NCBI GenBank assembly: GCA_036149055.1
Contig: JAYZQJ010000182.1
Span: 1 to 64,000 of the forward strand
Length of the DNA: 64,000 bases
Source of the DNA: Myxococcota bacterium
GTDB lineage: Bacteria > Myxococcota_A > Polyangia > Polyangiales > Sandaracinaceae
Direction: 5' to 3'
Below are positions 1-11,565 of this stretch, in pieces (the first letter of the stretch is position 1; each line of letters begins with the position of its first letter). The notes under the pieces were generated by a model, which made no database searches, was not told the origin of the DNA, and worked only from the letters and a program-made list of their open reading frames with translations. Made by a program: the position numbers and the translations under genes.

Positions 1-48
1 TGCCGGCGCAGCGGGGGGGCGGGGGCGGACCCGCCCCTGCCCGACAAG

Positions 49-1404
49 TCAATAGGCGGGACCGCCCGCGAGGAGCCAGCGGGCGTTCAGGGCCGAGATG
101 CCGATGGCCTGCGTGCCGAAGTAGCGGTGGTTGCCGCCGCCGTAGCCCGTCTCGATCTTGGCCTGGACCGCCCGGTCGTGCCGCCCGAGCACGAGCCACT
201 CGTGCAGCCGCCCGCACGCGCCGCAGCGTCCGTCGGGGGCGGGGTACGGCCCGTCGGAGCCGCTGGTGCCGTCGACGAAGCGCGCGTAGCTCCCGTCCTC
301 GAACCACATCACGTCCATGAGGGTCGAGGTGAGCGCGGCGCGGTCGTCGACCGTCCAGTACATGCCGGCCTCGACCGCCTCCTCCCAGAACGAGACGATG
401 GCGCCCGCGTGCGAGGTGTCCTGCACCTCGTCGCCCTCGGGCACGCCCCAGTGGCTGGCCCAGGTGTAGGCGCTCGGCGTCGACGGGTTCGGGTAGAGCT
501 GCATCCGCAGGTTGGAGGGGCGGCCGGGCATCTCGCCGTGCGAGATGTTCTCGAAGACCTCGAGGTACTGCGCCTCGCCGGTGATCCGATACAGCTCCAT
601 GCCGATGCGGGCCCAGTGACTCGCCATGTGGGTGCGCGATCGGTACAGGTTGCCGAGCCCGCGCGAGTGCCACTTCTCCCAGACGTCCCGCTCCGAGAAG
701 GCGAGCAGCGCCTCGTAGCGCGCCTGGTAGTCGCTGCGCGCGCGCACCTCCGGGTTGTCGTGCAGCACGCGGACGAGCGTGACGACGTGACGCCAGTAGT
801 AGCTCTCCCAGAGCGGATACGACTCTCCGCCGTTCTCGGGCGGCCCGGGCCAGTGGCGGAAGCCGTCGTCGCCGGCCACCGCGTCCTCGAGGGTGTTGTC
901 GATGAGGCCGAAGACCAGGTCGAGGTACGCGTCGTCGGCGGTCGCGCGCCACATCGAGACGAGCCCGTCGATGCAGTAGGAGAGGAAGTAGTGCTCCTGG
1001 TCGGCGCCGGTGGAGGTCGACAGCTCCGTGCAGTACTCCCGGTCGCGCCGGTCCCACTCCGCCTGCCACAGCGTCTCCCACTCGCTCACCGCGCGCGGGC
1101 ACTCGGGCCCGGGGCAGCCGTCGAGCACGCAGCTCAGCCCGTCGGCGTGGTAGCCCGCGTCGCACGCGCAGGACGGCGCCTCGCCCTCCACGCAGCGGCC
1201 GACCGGCCCGCAGTCCACGCCCTCGCACACCGAAGAGGTCGACGCGTCCTCGGGCGTCATGCCCGCGTCGTCGGTCGAGCCACCGTCGACCGGGGCGGCC
1301 GCGTCCGCCGGCGGAGCCGCCGCGTCGTCCGGCGCCGCGCCGTCGTCGCAGGCCACGACCAGAAGAGACAGGAGAGCAGGCAGGAGAAGGCAGTTCCGCA
1401 GCAT
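49..1404 (-). CDS. Lipoprotein with acidic linker, EGF-like Cys-rich module and a helical (alpha/alpha-toroid-like) putative carbohydrate-active domain
   Basis: Lipobox LVVAC; Asp/Ala/Pro-rich linker; CEGVDC..C..C.CDAGY..DGLSC EGF-like motif; Trp/His-rich helical C-terminal domain. Start taken at ATG 1404. Confidence 0.6.
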   Translation of the reverse strand: MLRNCLLLPALLSLLVVACDDGAAPDDAAAPPADAAAPVDGGSTDDAGMTPEDASTSSVCEGVDCGPVGRCVEGEAPSCACDAGYHADGLSCVLDGCPGPECPRAVSEWETLWQAEWDRRDREYCTELSTSTGADQEHYFLSYCIDGLVSMWRATADDAYLDLVFGLIDNTLEDAVAGDDGFRHWPGPPENGGESYPLWESYYWRHVVTLVRVLHDNPEVRARSDYQARYEALLAFSERDVWEKWHSRGLGNLYRSRTHMASHWARIGMELYRITGEAQYLEVFENISHGEMPGRPSNLRMQLYPNPSTPSAYTWASHWGVPEGDEVQDTSHAGAIVSFWEEAVEAGMYWTVDDRAALTSTLMDVMWFEDGSYARFVDGTSGSDGPYPAPDGRCGACGRLHEWLVLGRHDRAVQAKIETGYGGGNHRYFGTQAIGISALNARWLLAGGPAY

Positions 1405-1539
1405 CCACACAGCCTGGCAGAGCCGAGCGCCCGCGTCCCCGCAGGATTCGTACGCCGACCGATTACACGAAGCGGACCGTTACCGAGTCGAAGGTCTCCA
1501 GACGCCAGTCCACACGTCATTCTGTACTACGATGCGCAC

Positions 1540-2505
1540 GTGTTCGACCTCGAACGACTGACGGCACCGGATGCTCGAGCGGCCGAGCTGGAGGTCTGTG
1601 GTGTGACGGTGGGAGACTCCGTCGACGCGCTACGCTCGCTGCCGGCTCCGGTGTTCCTCGACGAGGGGAGCACGCGCCGGGAGGTCTCGCCGGACGAGCT
1701 CGTCGAGCGCGCGGCCGGAGAGGCGATGCGGGTGCGCACCGACGGCGCGGCGTTCGACGTCGAGGGCGGACGGGTCGTGCGCGTGTTGATCCTCGAGCCT
1801 CGGCTGGCCCCGCTGCAGCTCGACTCGGAGCAGCGCGTCGTGGAGTTGTTCGGACCGGCAGAGATCGTCCGGGATCACGGGTTCGTGGCGTTCCACTACC
1901 TCGAACGCGCGATCACGGTGCACTGGGACTCGCGCCGGAGCGCCCCCCTCTCGGTCGTCCTCGGCGCGCCGCTCCGGGGCCTGCCGACCTTCGACGCGCG
2001 CGACGCCATCAGACTCTACGTCGACCTCGAGCCGGCGCTGGAGTCGGGAGGCGCCCGGCTGCGCGAGGACGCGTCGGCTCGGGAACGGCGCCGACTGCAG
2101 CGGCTGGAGGCACTCCTGCGCGCGCTGGGGGTGGGGAGCGTCGAGGACCTCGCGGGCGGCCACTTCGTCTCCGCCAGCCGCCACGCCGAAGCCATCGAGC
2201 GTCTCGAGCGCCTCGCCCCGTTCGAGCCCACACAGCGGGCGAATCGGGACCTCGGGGCCTGGGCGTTCCGCACTCTGCTCTCCTACCGGTGCAAGGCGGG
2301 GGCGGTGCTGCGCCACGACGACGCCTGGGCAGAGTGCGGCTTCCCCGTGCTGCTCGGCACCATCGACGTGACCGGCCGAGCCAACCAGGCGTTCAGCGAG
2401 GCGCTCTCGGAGGTCGACGAGCTCCTGTCGCTCTTCCTCGATCCCGACCGACGCACGCTCACGCTGGCGGAGGCTCGGCGCCACGGGTGGCCCGACGTGG
2501 ATTGA
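1540..2505 (+). CDS. Hypothetical protein
   Basis: 3' part of ORF 127..2505 has globular composition (VFDLERLTAP...); in-frame GTG at 1540 follows a lower-GC intergenic stretch. Start uncertain. Confidence 0.55.
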   Translation: MFDLERLTAPDARAAELEVCGVTVGDSVDALRSLPAPVFLDEGSTRREVSPDELVERAAGEAMRVRTDGAAFDVEGGRVVRVLILEPRLAPLQLDSEQRVVELFGPAEIVRDHGFVAFHYLERAITVHWDSRRSAPLSVVLGAPLRGLPTFDARDAIRLYVDLEPALESGGARLREDASARERRRLQRLEALLRALGVGSVEDLAGGHFVSASRHAEAIERLERLAPFEPTQRANRDLGAWAFRTLLSYRCKAGAVLRHDDAWAECGFPVLLGTIDVTGRANQAFSEALSEVDELLSLFLDPDRRTLTLAEARRHGWPDVD

Positions 2506-2523
2506 GGCGCCACCGGACGCGTT

Positions 2524-2553
2524 CGAGCCGCTCCCCCGGAAGGAAGCGGCTCG
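2524..2553. terminator. Hairpin between convergent genes (possible bidirectional terminator)
   Basis: CGAGCCGCT...AGCGGCTCG inverted repeat between stops at 2505 and 2576; no U-tract. Confidence 0.4.
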
Positions 2554-2575
2554 TTCCTCGGCGAAGGCGCTCGCG

Positions 2576-4666
2576 CTATCGGCGGCGGCGGAACAGGAGG
2601 CCGACCGCCGCGAGCAGGAGGAGCGCGAGGGCGCCGGAGCGCCGCCGGCCGGTCGCGGAGCAGCCGCCGCCCGCGCCGTCCATGCCGTCCGCTCCATCCA
2701 GGCCCGCGGCGCCGTTGCAGATGACGGTCTCGCTGTCGACCTCGCCGTCGCCGAGCACTCCGTCGCCCGCGGTCTCGCCGTCCGCGCCGTCGTCGCGGCC
2801 GGCGCGGATGACGGTGCCGCCCGCGACGCAGCGCTCGCCTTCGGGCTCGGCGATGACCTCGACGAGCGCGCTGGCGCCGGTCTCCCCGTCCACGCCGTCG
2901 GCGCCGTCCATGCCATCGGCGCCGTCCGTGCCATCGGCGCCGTCCGTGCCGTCCGCGCCGTTGCACACGTAGCGGGTGTCCTGGATCTCGCCCGCCTCGA
3001 GGGCGCCGTTCCGGGCCACGCCGCCGCCGCTCCCGTCGTCGAGGCCGACGTCGATCCGCACGCCGCCGCTCGCGCAGCTCGCCCCCGCCGGCTCGTCCGC
3101 GGTGCTCACGAGCGTCTGCTGGCCGTCGGCGCCGTCCGCGCCGTTGCAGACGTAGAAGCTCGACGTGATCTCGGCCGCGTCGAGCGCGCCGCTCGCGTCG
3201 TCGTCGTAGCCGATGTCGACCCGCTGGCCGCCCGCCGCGCAGCTCGCGCCCGCCGGCTCGGCGATCACGTCGATCAGCGGCTGCACGGCGTCGAGGCCCG
3301 CGCAGAGGTAGTCGGTCGAGTCGATCTCGGCCGCCGCGAGCGCGCCGTCACCGTCGAGGTCGACGCCGGTGTGGATGGCGTAGCCGCCGTCGGGGCAGGT
3401 CGCGCCCGCCGGCTCGGCGACGGTGCTCACCAGGACCGGCGGCACCTGCAGCTCGTAGGCGCCGGCGGTGCAGCCGCTCGCAGGCCGCGGGAAGCCGCGC
3501 TGGTCGACGGCGAGCGCGGCGCCGCTTCCGTCGACGCAGCCGCTCGCGCCGAGCGCGTCGCTGCCGTAGGCCACGGGCACGGTGAGCGTGGGGCCGCCGT
3601 TGTCGGAGAGGGCGCCCGCGAGCACGGAGGCGCCGGTCTGGTTGCCGCTCCCGCTGATCGTGCAGCCGCCGGTCTCCATCACGTTGTCGTCACCGCTCGC
3701 GTTGCCGCGGCAGTCGTCGCCGCTGCCCTCGGCCGCGTTGCGCGCGAAGAGGCTCGCGGTGATCGTCCGGGTGCCGCCGCCCCACTGGAGCCCGCCGCCG
3801 TTCTCGCGCGCCTCGTTGTCCACGAAGGTGCAGTGATCGATGGCCATGGATCCCGAGTTGTCCTTGTACAGCGCGCCGCCGCTGCGGTCCGAGACGTTCG
3901 CGACGAAGGTGCTGTTCGAGAGGATCACGGTGCCGCCCGCCCCACCCTGGCTGAGCGCGCCGCCGAGGCTGCTCGCGCGGTTTCGGGCGAAGAGCGAGTC
4001 GCGGATGGTGCTCGTGCCGCTCCACGAGAGGAAGGCGCCGCCGTAGACGCCCGAGGTGTTCTCCAGGAACATGCAGGCCTCGACGTCGACGGTACCGTCG
4101 TTCGAGATCCCGGCGCCCGCGAACCGGTCGACCTGGTTGCGCGCGAAGGTGCTGCCCGAGACCGTCGCCGAGCCGCCCGCGCTCACGTGGATGCCGGCGC
4201 CCTCGCTCCGTGCGTAGCCGCCCTCGAAGCGGCTGTCCCGGACGGTGAGCGAGGCGCCGCTCGCGACCAGGACCGCGCCGCCGGAGCCGTCGACGCTGGC
4301 GTTCTCGAGGCCGATGCGAGCGAGCGTCAGGTCGGCGCCCGCGTCCACCTGGAAGATGCGCGTGGTGCCCGCGCCGTCGACGACGGTGAGGCTCTCGCCG
4401 GAGCCGAGGATCGTGACCTCGGAGCCGACGACGAGCTGGCCCTGGGTGAGCGTGTAGGTGCCCGGGTCGAGGCGGATGGTGTCGGCGCCGGAGCCCGCCG
4501 GGCAGCCGTCGACCGCGGTGTCGCTCGCGGCGGCGGCGAGGGCGTCGCGCAGCGTGCAGTCGGTGGTGTTCGCGGCGTCGTCCGAGGTCGAGTCGACGTC
4601 GATGTCGGCGGCCGCGGCCGGGGCCGCGAAGGAGAGCACGAGCCAGAGGGGGAGTGTCTTCTGCAT
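2576..4666 (-). CDS. Cell-surface protein: CSLREA-type N-terminus, beta-helix/choice-of-anchor-Q-like region, four Cys-containing repeats, collagen-like GxD tracts, MYXO-CTERM-type anchor
   Basis: Signal peptide; DCTLRDA motif; GGA/FxxN repeats; LSDNGGPT and DQRGFPR motifs; EPAGxxCxxGG repeats; GGGCS + hydrophobic stretch + RRRR C-terminus. Confidence 0.8.
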   Translation of the reverse strand: MQKTLPLWLVLSFAAPAAAADIDVDSTSDDAANTTDCTLRDALAAAASDTAVDGCPAGSGADTIRLDPGTYTLTQGQLVVGSEVTILGSGESLTVVDGAGTTRIFQVDAGADLTLARIGLENASVDGSGGAVLVASGASLTVRDSRFEGGYARSEGAGIHVSAGGSATVSGSTFARNQVDRFAGAGISNDGTVDVEACMFLENTSGVYGGAFLSWSGTSTIRDSLFARNRASSLGGALSQGGAGGTVILSNSTFVANVSDRSGGALYKDNSGSMAIDHCTFVDNEARENGGGLQWGGGTRTITASLFARNAAEGSGDDCRGNASGDDNVMETGGCTISGSGNQTGASVLAGALSDNGGPTLTVPVAYGSDALGASGCVDGSGAALAVDQRGFPRPASGCTAGAYELQVPPVLVSTVAEPAGATCPDGGYAIHTGVDLDGDGALAAAEIDSTDYLCAGLDAVQPLIDVIAEPAGASCAAGGQRVDIGYDDDASGALDAAEITSSFYVCNGADGADGQQTLVSTADEPAGASCASGGVRIDVGLDDGSGGGVARNGALEAGEIQDTRYVCNGADGTDGADGTDGADGMDGADGVDGETGASALVEVIAEPEGERCVAGGTVIRAGRDDGADGETAGDGVLGDGEVDSETVICNGAAGLDGADGMDGAGGGCSATGRRRSGALALLLLAAVGLLFRRRR

Positions 4667-4713
4667 GGCGGCCAGCATGCGTCGGCGTGGGCCCCGATGC
4701 GGATACGCCCCGG

Positions 4714-6047
<1,334 letters not shown>

Positions 6048-6051
<4 letters not shown>

Positions 6052-7406
6052 GGCGCCTCCCGCGGCAGCGTCAGCTCGGCCACCGTGCCGCCCCCGTCGC
6101 GGGCCGCCAGCAGGAGCTCTCCGCCGTGCTGCCGCGCGAGGCCGCGGGCCACCACGAGCCCGAGGCCCGAGCCCGTCGGCTTGGTGGTCACGCCCGGCTC
6201 GAAGACGCGCTCGGCCACCTCGGGATCGAGGCCCGGGCCGCGGTCGACGACCCGGACGAGCGCCACCCCGCGCCCCGACCGCACGCCGAGCTGCACCCGC
6301 TCCCCGCGGGGGCTCGCGTCGAGCGCGTTCTGCACGAGGTTGATGAGCACCTGCCGCACCTTCCGAGGATCGCATCGCAGCCGGGCCGGCGCATCCGCCT
6401 CCACCTCGATCGCGACGCCGCGCTCGGCCGAGCTCGCCTCGTGGAGTCGCGCCACGTCGCGCGCGAGCTCCACGAGGTCGACGTCCTCCATCGACAGCGG
6501 CACGAGCGGCCGGGAGAAGTTCAGCAGCTCCTCGAGGATCTCCTGCATCCGGTCGACCTCGCGGCGCAGCACCCCGAGGCGCTCGGCCGGCTTCCCCTCC
6601 GCCGTCTTCGCCACCAGCGCGGCGAGCCCCTTCACGCTCGCGAGCGGGTTCTTCAGCTCGTGCGCCAGCTCGGCGCTGAGCGCGGTGAGCGCCCGGCTCT
6701 GCTCGGCGTGCATCGCCAGCGCTCGATCTCGCTCGCCCACGGCCTCGTCGAAGAGCTGCTCGAAGACGCTGCGCATGTAGATGCCGATGCGCGGCGCGAT
6801 GAACATCATCGCGCTGTAGAGGCACGCCGCGATCCAGGGCGCGGGGCCCCGCTCGATCGCGCTCGCGCCGCCGAAGAGCTCGGGGATCAGGGTCTCGACC
6901 GGCCACCCGTGCGCGTGGATCCAGGCCATCGCCCAGACCGCGGGGAGCTCCAGCAGGCCGACGGTGAGCACCAGCGCGAGGCGGTCGACCATCACCGCGG
7001 CGACCAGGCTCATCAGGATGACCGCCGGGATCACCGGGCTGAAGAGCCCACCGCTCGAGGCGATCATCGCGAGCTGGCCCGCGGCCATGACCACGAGGTT
7101 GAGCGGGACGACCAGCGCGCCGATGCCCCGCCGGCGGAAGCGCACGAACTCCACCGTCGAGACCGCGAGCAGCACGACGATGACCGCGAGCAGCACCCGA
7201 CGCCGCCAGAGGACAGGCTCGAAGAAGACGAAGGTGAGCGCCACCGCGCTCAGCAGCGGCGCGATCGCGAGCCGGACGCGCACCAGCTTCGCGAACGCGC
7301 GCTCGCGGGCGTCTCGGCGAAAGGAGTGCGCGTCGGTCGGAGGGCGGGCCACGGCGGCGATCAGGCGCGTGAGGAGGGGAGCCCCGATGCTATCAGCCGC
7401 GTTCAC
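6048..7406 (-). CDS. Membrane sensor histidine kinase
   Basis: Multiple TM helices; H-box AHELKNPL; N-box QVLINLVQNALDA; DRGPG; GSGLGL. Start approximate. Confidence 0.9.
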
Positions 7407-7463
7407 GGCGTGAGGAGGCGCAAGCGCCGCGCCAGGCCGAGCGCGGGGCCCGGTGGCCGGCGC

Positions 7464-7516
7464 GCGTCCGGAGGGCCGGACCCGATCCGGGGGCGAGTGT
7501 CTGGAGATCCGGACAC
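7464..7516. promoter_or_regulatory. Paired putative enhancer (EBP-binding) palindromes
   Basis: GCGTCCGGAGGGCCGGACCC (7464-7483) and GTGTCTGGAGATCCGGACAC (7497-7516), 33 bp apart, upstream of a sigma54 site. Confidence 0.55.
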
Positions 7517-7546
7517 CGCGGACGCGCTCGGGCCCCGCCGCGGCGA

Positions 7547-7561
7547 TGGCACGCGGATCGC
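7547..7561 (+). promoter_or_regulatory. Sigma54 -24/-12 promoter for the efflux operon
   Basis: TGGCAC-GCGGA-TCGC has GG and GC at the consensus spacing, just upstream of ATG 7576. Confidence 0.7.
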
Positions 7562-7575
7562 TGAGGTGACCGGGC

Positions 7576-8610
7576 ATGAAACGCGTCGTCGTCGCCGTCC
7601 TGGTCCTCGCCGCGGCCCTGAGCGCCGCCATCGCCTGGAAGATCCACGCGCAGCGCGAAGCGCTCGAGGGCCCGCCGCAGGGCTCCGGCGTGGTCGAGGG
7701 AGAGGGGGTCGACCTCGCCTCCCGGATCGGCGCCCGCGTCACCGGCGCGCCGGTCGAGGAGGGGCAGACGGTGGAGGCGGGGGCGGTGATCCTCGAGCTC
7801 GCCTGCGACGAGCCGGAGGCGCGCCTCGCCGAGGCGGAGGCCCGGCTGGCGGCGGCCCGGGCCCAGGCGTCCGGCGCGGCGGCGCAGGCGGAGGCGGCGA
7901 GGCGGCAGACGCAGGCGGCGCGCGCGTCCATCGGGGCGGCGCGAGCCCAGGCGAGCGCGCTCGACGCGCAGGCCAGCGTGGCCGCCCGAGAGGCGGACCG
8001 GGTCGAGTCGATGGGGGACCACGCGGCGGCGGCGCGCCGGGATCAGGCGCGCACCGCGGCGACCGGGCTGGAGGCGCAGCTGGCGGCGGCCCGGGCCCAG
8101 CGCGCGGCGGCGTCTCGGCAGGCGTCGGCGAGCGCGAGCCAGGCGGAGGCGGCGGCGGCGCAGGCGGAGGCGAGCGACCGGAGCGTGGCCGCGCTCGAGG
8201 CGGTGGTGCGGGCCGCCCGGGTCGCGGTGGACGAGTGCCGCATCGTCGCGCCGCGCGCCGGGGTGCTCGAGCGCCGCTACGTCGAGGTGGGCGAGCTGGT
8301 CATGCCCGGCGCGACGGTGGCGCGGGTGGTCGACCCGGCGGTGGTGACGGTGACCTTCTACGTGCCGAACGCCGACGTCGACGAGGCGCGGGTGGGCATG
8401 GGCGCCGAGGTCGTCGCCGACGCCCTCCCCTCGCGCCCCTTCCGCGGCACCGTGCGGCGGGTCGCGCTCGAGGCCGAGTTCACGCCGCGCAACATCCAGA
8501 CGCGCAGCGACCGGGACCGGCTCGTCTTCCCGGTGGAGGTGCGGGTCGACAACCCGGACGGCGCGCTCCGCCCCGGCATGCCGGTGACGGTCACCCTGGG
8601 GGGCGCGTGA
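7576..8610 (+). CDS. HlyD/YbhG-like periplasmic adaptor (membrane fusion protein)
   Basis: N-terminal TM, lipoyl halves (VEEGQTVEAG, IVAPRAG), Ala-rich coiled coil, AEFTPRNIQT, LRPGMP. Confidence 0.92.
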   Translation: MKRVVVAVLVLAAALSAAIAWKIHAQREALEGPPQGSGVVEGEGVDLASRIGARVTGAPVEEGQTVEAGAVILELACDEPEARLAEAEARLAAARAQASGAAAQAEAARRQTQAARASIGAARAQASALDAQASVAAREADRVESMGDHAAAARRDQARTAATGLEAQLAAARAQRAAASRQASASASQAEAAAAQAEASDRSVAALEAVVRAARVAVDECRIVAPRAGVLERRYVEVGELVMPGATVARVVDPAVVTVTFYVPNADVDEARVGMGAEVVADALPSRPFRGTVRRVALEAEFTPRNIQTRSDRDRLVFPVEVRVDNPDGALRPGMPVTVTLGGA

Positions 8611-9512
8611 GCGCGATCGAGGCCGAGGGCCTCTTCCGCGGCTACGGCGACGTGCGCGCGGTGCGCGGGGTGTCGCTCTCGGTCGAGCCGGGCGAGCTCT
8701 ACGGGCTGGTGGGCCCGGACGGCGCCGGCAAGACGACCACCATCGGCTGCCTCGCGGGGCTGATGCCGCCCGGGCGAGGCGTCGTGCGGGTGCTCGACCA
8801 GGACCCGATGGCGGGCGGCGCCCGCGAGCAGCTCGGGCTCATGCCGCAGGAGTACAGCCTCTACGGCGACCTGACGATCGCGGAGAACCTCTGGTTCTTC
8901 GGCCAGCTCTTCGGCCTCTCGAAGGCGGCCTTCCGGGAGCGCACCGAGCGCCTGCTCGCGATCACCCGGCTGGCGCCCTTCGTCGACCGGCGCGCGCAGG
9001 CGCTCAGCGGGGGCATGTACAAGAAGCTCGCGCTGAGCTGCGCGCTGCTGCACGAGCCGCGCGCGCTCCTGCTCGACGAGCCGACCAACGGCGTGGACCC
9101 GGTGAGCCGGCGCGAGCTGTGGGCGCTGATCCACGACTTCGTCGCCGAGGGCATGGCCGTGCTGATCAGCACGCCGTACATGGACGAGGCCGCGCGCTGC
9201 CATCGGGTCGGGCTGATGCACGAGGGCCGGCTGATCGCGGAGGGCGCGCCCGGCGCGCTGACCGACGCGCTGGATCACCCCGTCTTCGAGGTGGAGGGCG
9301 GCGAGCGGGCCGCGCTGCACGGCCTGCTCGAGAGCGCCCCCGAGGTGGTCGCGGCGTCCCCGGCCGGCGCGCGGCTGAGGGTGGTGGTCGCCCCCGGCGG
9401 GGAGGCGGCGCTCGAGGCGCGCCTGTCGACCGCGGGCGCGCGCCTCAGGCGGGTGCGGGCCGACTTCGAGGACCTCTTCCTCGCGCGCGTCGCGGCGTCG
9501 GAGGCGGCGTGA
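8607..9512 (+). CDS. ABC transporter ATP-binding protein
   Basis: GPDGAGKTT, LSGGM, LLLDEPT; GTGA overlap with upstream stop. Confidence 0.93.
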   Translation: MSAIEAEGLFRGYGDVRAVRGVSLSVEPGELYGLVGPDGAGKTTTIGCLAGLMPPGRGVVRVLDQDPMAGGAREQLGLMPQEYSLYGDLTIAENLWFFGQLFGLSKAAFRERTERLLAITRLAPFVDRRAQALSGGMYKKLALSCALLHEPRALLLDEPTNGVDPVSRRELWALIHDFVAEGMAVLISTPYMDEAARCHRVGLMHEGRLIAEGAPGALTDALDHPVFEVEGGERAALHGLLESAPEVVAASPAGARLRVVVAPGGEAALEARLSTAGARLRRVRADFEDLFLARVAASEAA

Positions 9513-10447
9513 AGGACGCGATCGAGGTGCGCGACCTGCGCAAGACCTTCGGCGACTTCGTCGCGGTGCGCGACGTCTCGTTCCACGTCGAGCGGGGCGA
9601 GATCTTCGGCTACCTCGGCGCGAACGGCGCGGGCAAGTCGACGACGATCCGCATGCTCTGCGGGCTGCTCGCGCCGACCGCCGGCCAGGCCCTCGTGGCC
9701 GGGCACGACGTCGCCCGCGCGCCGGCCCGCGTGAAGTCGTCCATCGGCTACATGTCCCAGAAGTTCAGCCTCTACCTGGACCTCCCGGCGCTCCACAACC
9801 TCGAGTTCTTCGGCGGCATCTATGGGCTCCGTGGCAAGGCGCTGGCGCGCGCCATCGACGCGGCGGTCGAGCGGACCGGGCTCGGCGCCCACCGGAGCGC
9901 GACCACGGGCAGCCTGCCCGGCGGCATCCGGCAGCGCCTCGCGCTCGCCTGCGCGATCCTCCACGACCCGTTCATCGTCTTCCTCGACGAGCCGACCGCG
10001 GGCGTCGACCCGGCCTCGCGCCGCGACTTCTGGCGGCTCATTCGCGAGCTCGCGGCCGGCGGCACGACCGTCTTCGTCACCACCCACTACATGGACGAGG
10101 CCGAGTACTGCGCGCGCATCGGGCTGATGGTCGACGGCCGCCTGGTCGCGCTCGACGCCCCGGACGCGCTGAAGCGCCGCTTCGTGCCCGGCGAGACGCT
10201 CGCGGTCGACGGACGCGGCCTGCACCGCGGGCTCGAGGCGGCCCGCGCGCTCCCCTCGGTGGTGGCGGCGGCGCCGTTCGGGGCGCGGCTCCACGTGCGG
10301 TTCCGGGAGGGCGCCGTCGACGAGGCCGGGCTCCGCCGCGCGCTCGAGGCGAGCGGCGCGTCCATCACCCGCGTCGAGCCGGTCGAGTCGTCGCTCGAGG
10401 ACGTCTTCCTCGAGGTCGTCGGCGGCGGCGCAGTGGAGGCGGCGTGA
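9509..10447 (+). CDS. ABC transporter ATP-binding protein
   Basis: GANGAGKST, LPGG signature, FLDEPT, TTHYMDEAE; GTGA overlap. Confidence 0.93.
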   Translation: MKDAIEVRDLRKTFGDFVAVRDVSFHVERGEIFGYLGANGAGKSTTIRMLCGLLAPTAGQALVAGHDVARAPARVKSSIGYMSQKFSLYLDLPALHNLEFFGGIYGLRGKALARAIDAAVERTGLGAHRSATTGSLPGGIRQRLALACAILHDPFIVFLDEPTAGVDPASRRDFWRLIRELAAGGTTVFVTTHYMDEAEYCARIGLMVDGRLVALDAPDALKRRFVPGETLAVDGRGLHRGLEAARALPSVVAAAPFGARLHVRFREGAVDEAGLRRALEASGASITRVEPVESSLEDVFLEVVGGGAVEAA

Positions 10448-11565
10448 CCCGCAGCCTGCGCCGGATCTGGGCGTTGAGCGCCAAAGAGGTGCGGCACGTG
10501 CTGCGCGACGTGCGGACCCTTTACCTCGCGCTCGGCATGCCGGTCGTGATGCTGCTGCTCTTCGGCTACGGGGTCAGCTTCGACCTCGATCGGCTGCCGG
10601 TCGCGTTCGTGGATCTCGACCGGAGCGCGAGCAGCCGGGCGCTCCGCCAGCGCTTCACCGCGAGCGCCGACTTCGAGGACGCCGGCCTGATGACGAGCGC
10701 CGCCGAGGCCGAGCGCGCCCTGGTGGCCGGCGCGCTGATCGCCGCGGTCGTGATCCCGTCCGGCTTCGAGGAGGACCTGGCGCGCGGCCGGGACGTCGAC
10801 CTGCAGCTGCTCGTCGACGGCGCCGACAACAACAGCGCCACCCAGGCGATGGCCAAGGCCGAGGCGACCGCGCGCGCGCTGGGCGCGTCTCTCCGGAGCG
10901 AGCCCGTGCGCGCGGCGCCCCCGCTGTCAGCCTCGACCTGGACGCGCTTCAACCCGGACGGCCGGAGCGCGGTCTTCCTCGTGCCGGGCATCACCGCCTA
11001 CGTGCTCGCCATCGTCGCGGTGCTCCTGACCGCGCTCACCGTGAGCCGCGAGTGGGAGCAGGGCTCGATGGCGCAGCTCTTCGCCACCCCGGTCGGTCGC
11101 CTGGAGATCGTGCTCGGCAAGATCCTGCCGTACCTCGCGCTGGGCACGCTGGTGGTGCTCCTGGTCCTCGGCGTCGGCGCGTGGGTCTTCGACGTGCCGT
11201 TCCGCGGCTCGCCCCTCGCGCTGGCCGTGCTCTCGATCCTCTTCCTCGCCGGCATGCTCGGCCAGGGGCTCCTCATCAGCGTGGTCGCGCGCAACCAGAT
11301 GGTCGCCACCCAGATGGCCACGATGAGCTCGATGCTCCCGTCGATGCTGCTGAGCGGCTTCGTCTTCCCCATCGAGAACATGCCGGCGGTGCTGCAGGCC
11401 GTCACCGCGGTCGTGCCCGCGCGCTACTTCGTCGAGGGCCTGCGCGGCGTGCTGCTCCGGGGCAACGATCTCTCCGTGCTCTGGCCGCAGGCGCTCGCCC
11501 TCTTCGGGTTCGCGCTGCTCACCCTCGCGATCAGCACCGCGCGCTTCCGGAGGACGGTCGCGTGA
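10444..11565 (+). CDS. ABC-2 type permease (YbhS-like)
   Basis: KEVRHVLRD N-terminus, periplasmic loop, REWEQGSM, multiple TM helices. Confidence 0.92.
   Translation: MTRSLRRIWALSAKEVRHVLRDVRTLYLALGMPVVMLLLFGYGVSFDLDRLPVAFVDLDRSASSRALRQRFTASADFEDAGLMTSAAEAERALVAGALIAAVVIPSGFEEDLARGRDVDLQLLVDGADNNSATQAMAKAEATARALGASLRSEPVRAAPPLSASTWTRFNPDGRSAVFLVPGITAYVLAIVAVLLTALTVSREWEQGSMAQLFATPVGRLEIVLGKILPYLALGTLVVLLVLGVGAWVFDVPFRGSPLALAVLSILFLAGMLGQGLLISVVARNQMVATQMATMSSMLPSMLLSGFVFPIENMPAVLQAVTAVVPARYFVEGLRGVLLRGNDLSVLWPQALALFGFALLTLAISTARFRRTVA

Noticed and set aside
2524..2553. SRP RNA (contains CCGGAAGGAAGCGGC, similar to the SRP domain IV loop)
   Set aside because: Lacks the CAGG half of the symmetric loop and the long flanking stem; better explained as a hairpin between convergent genes.
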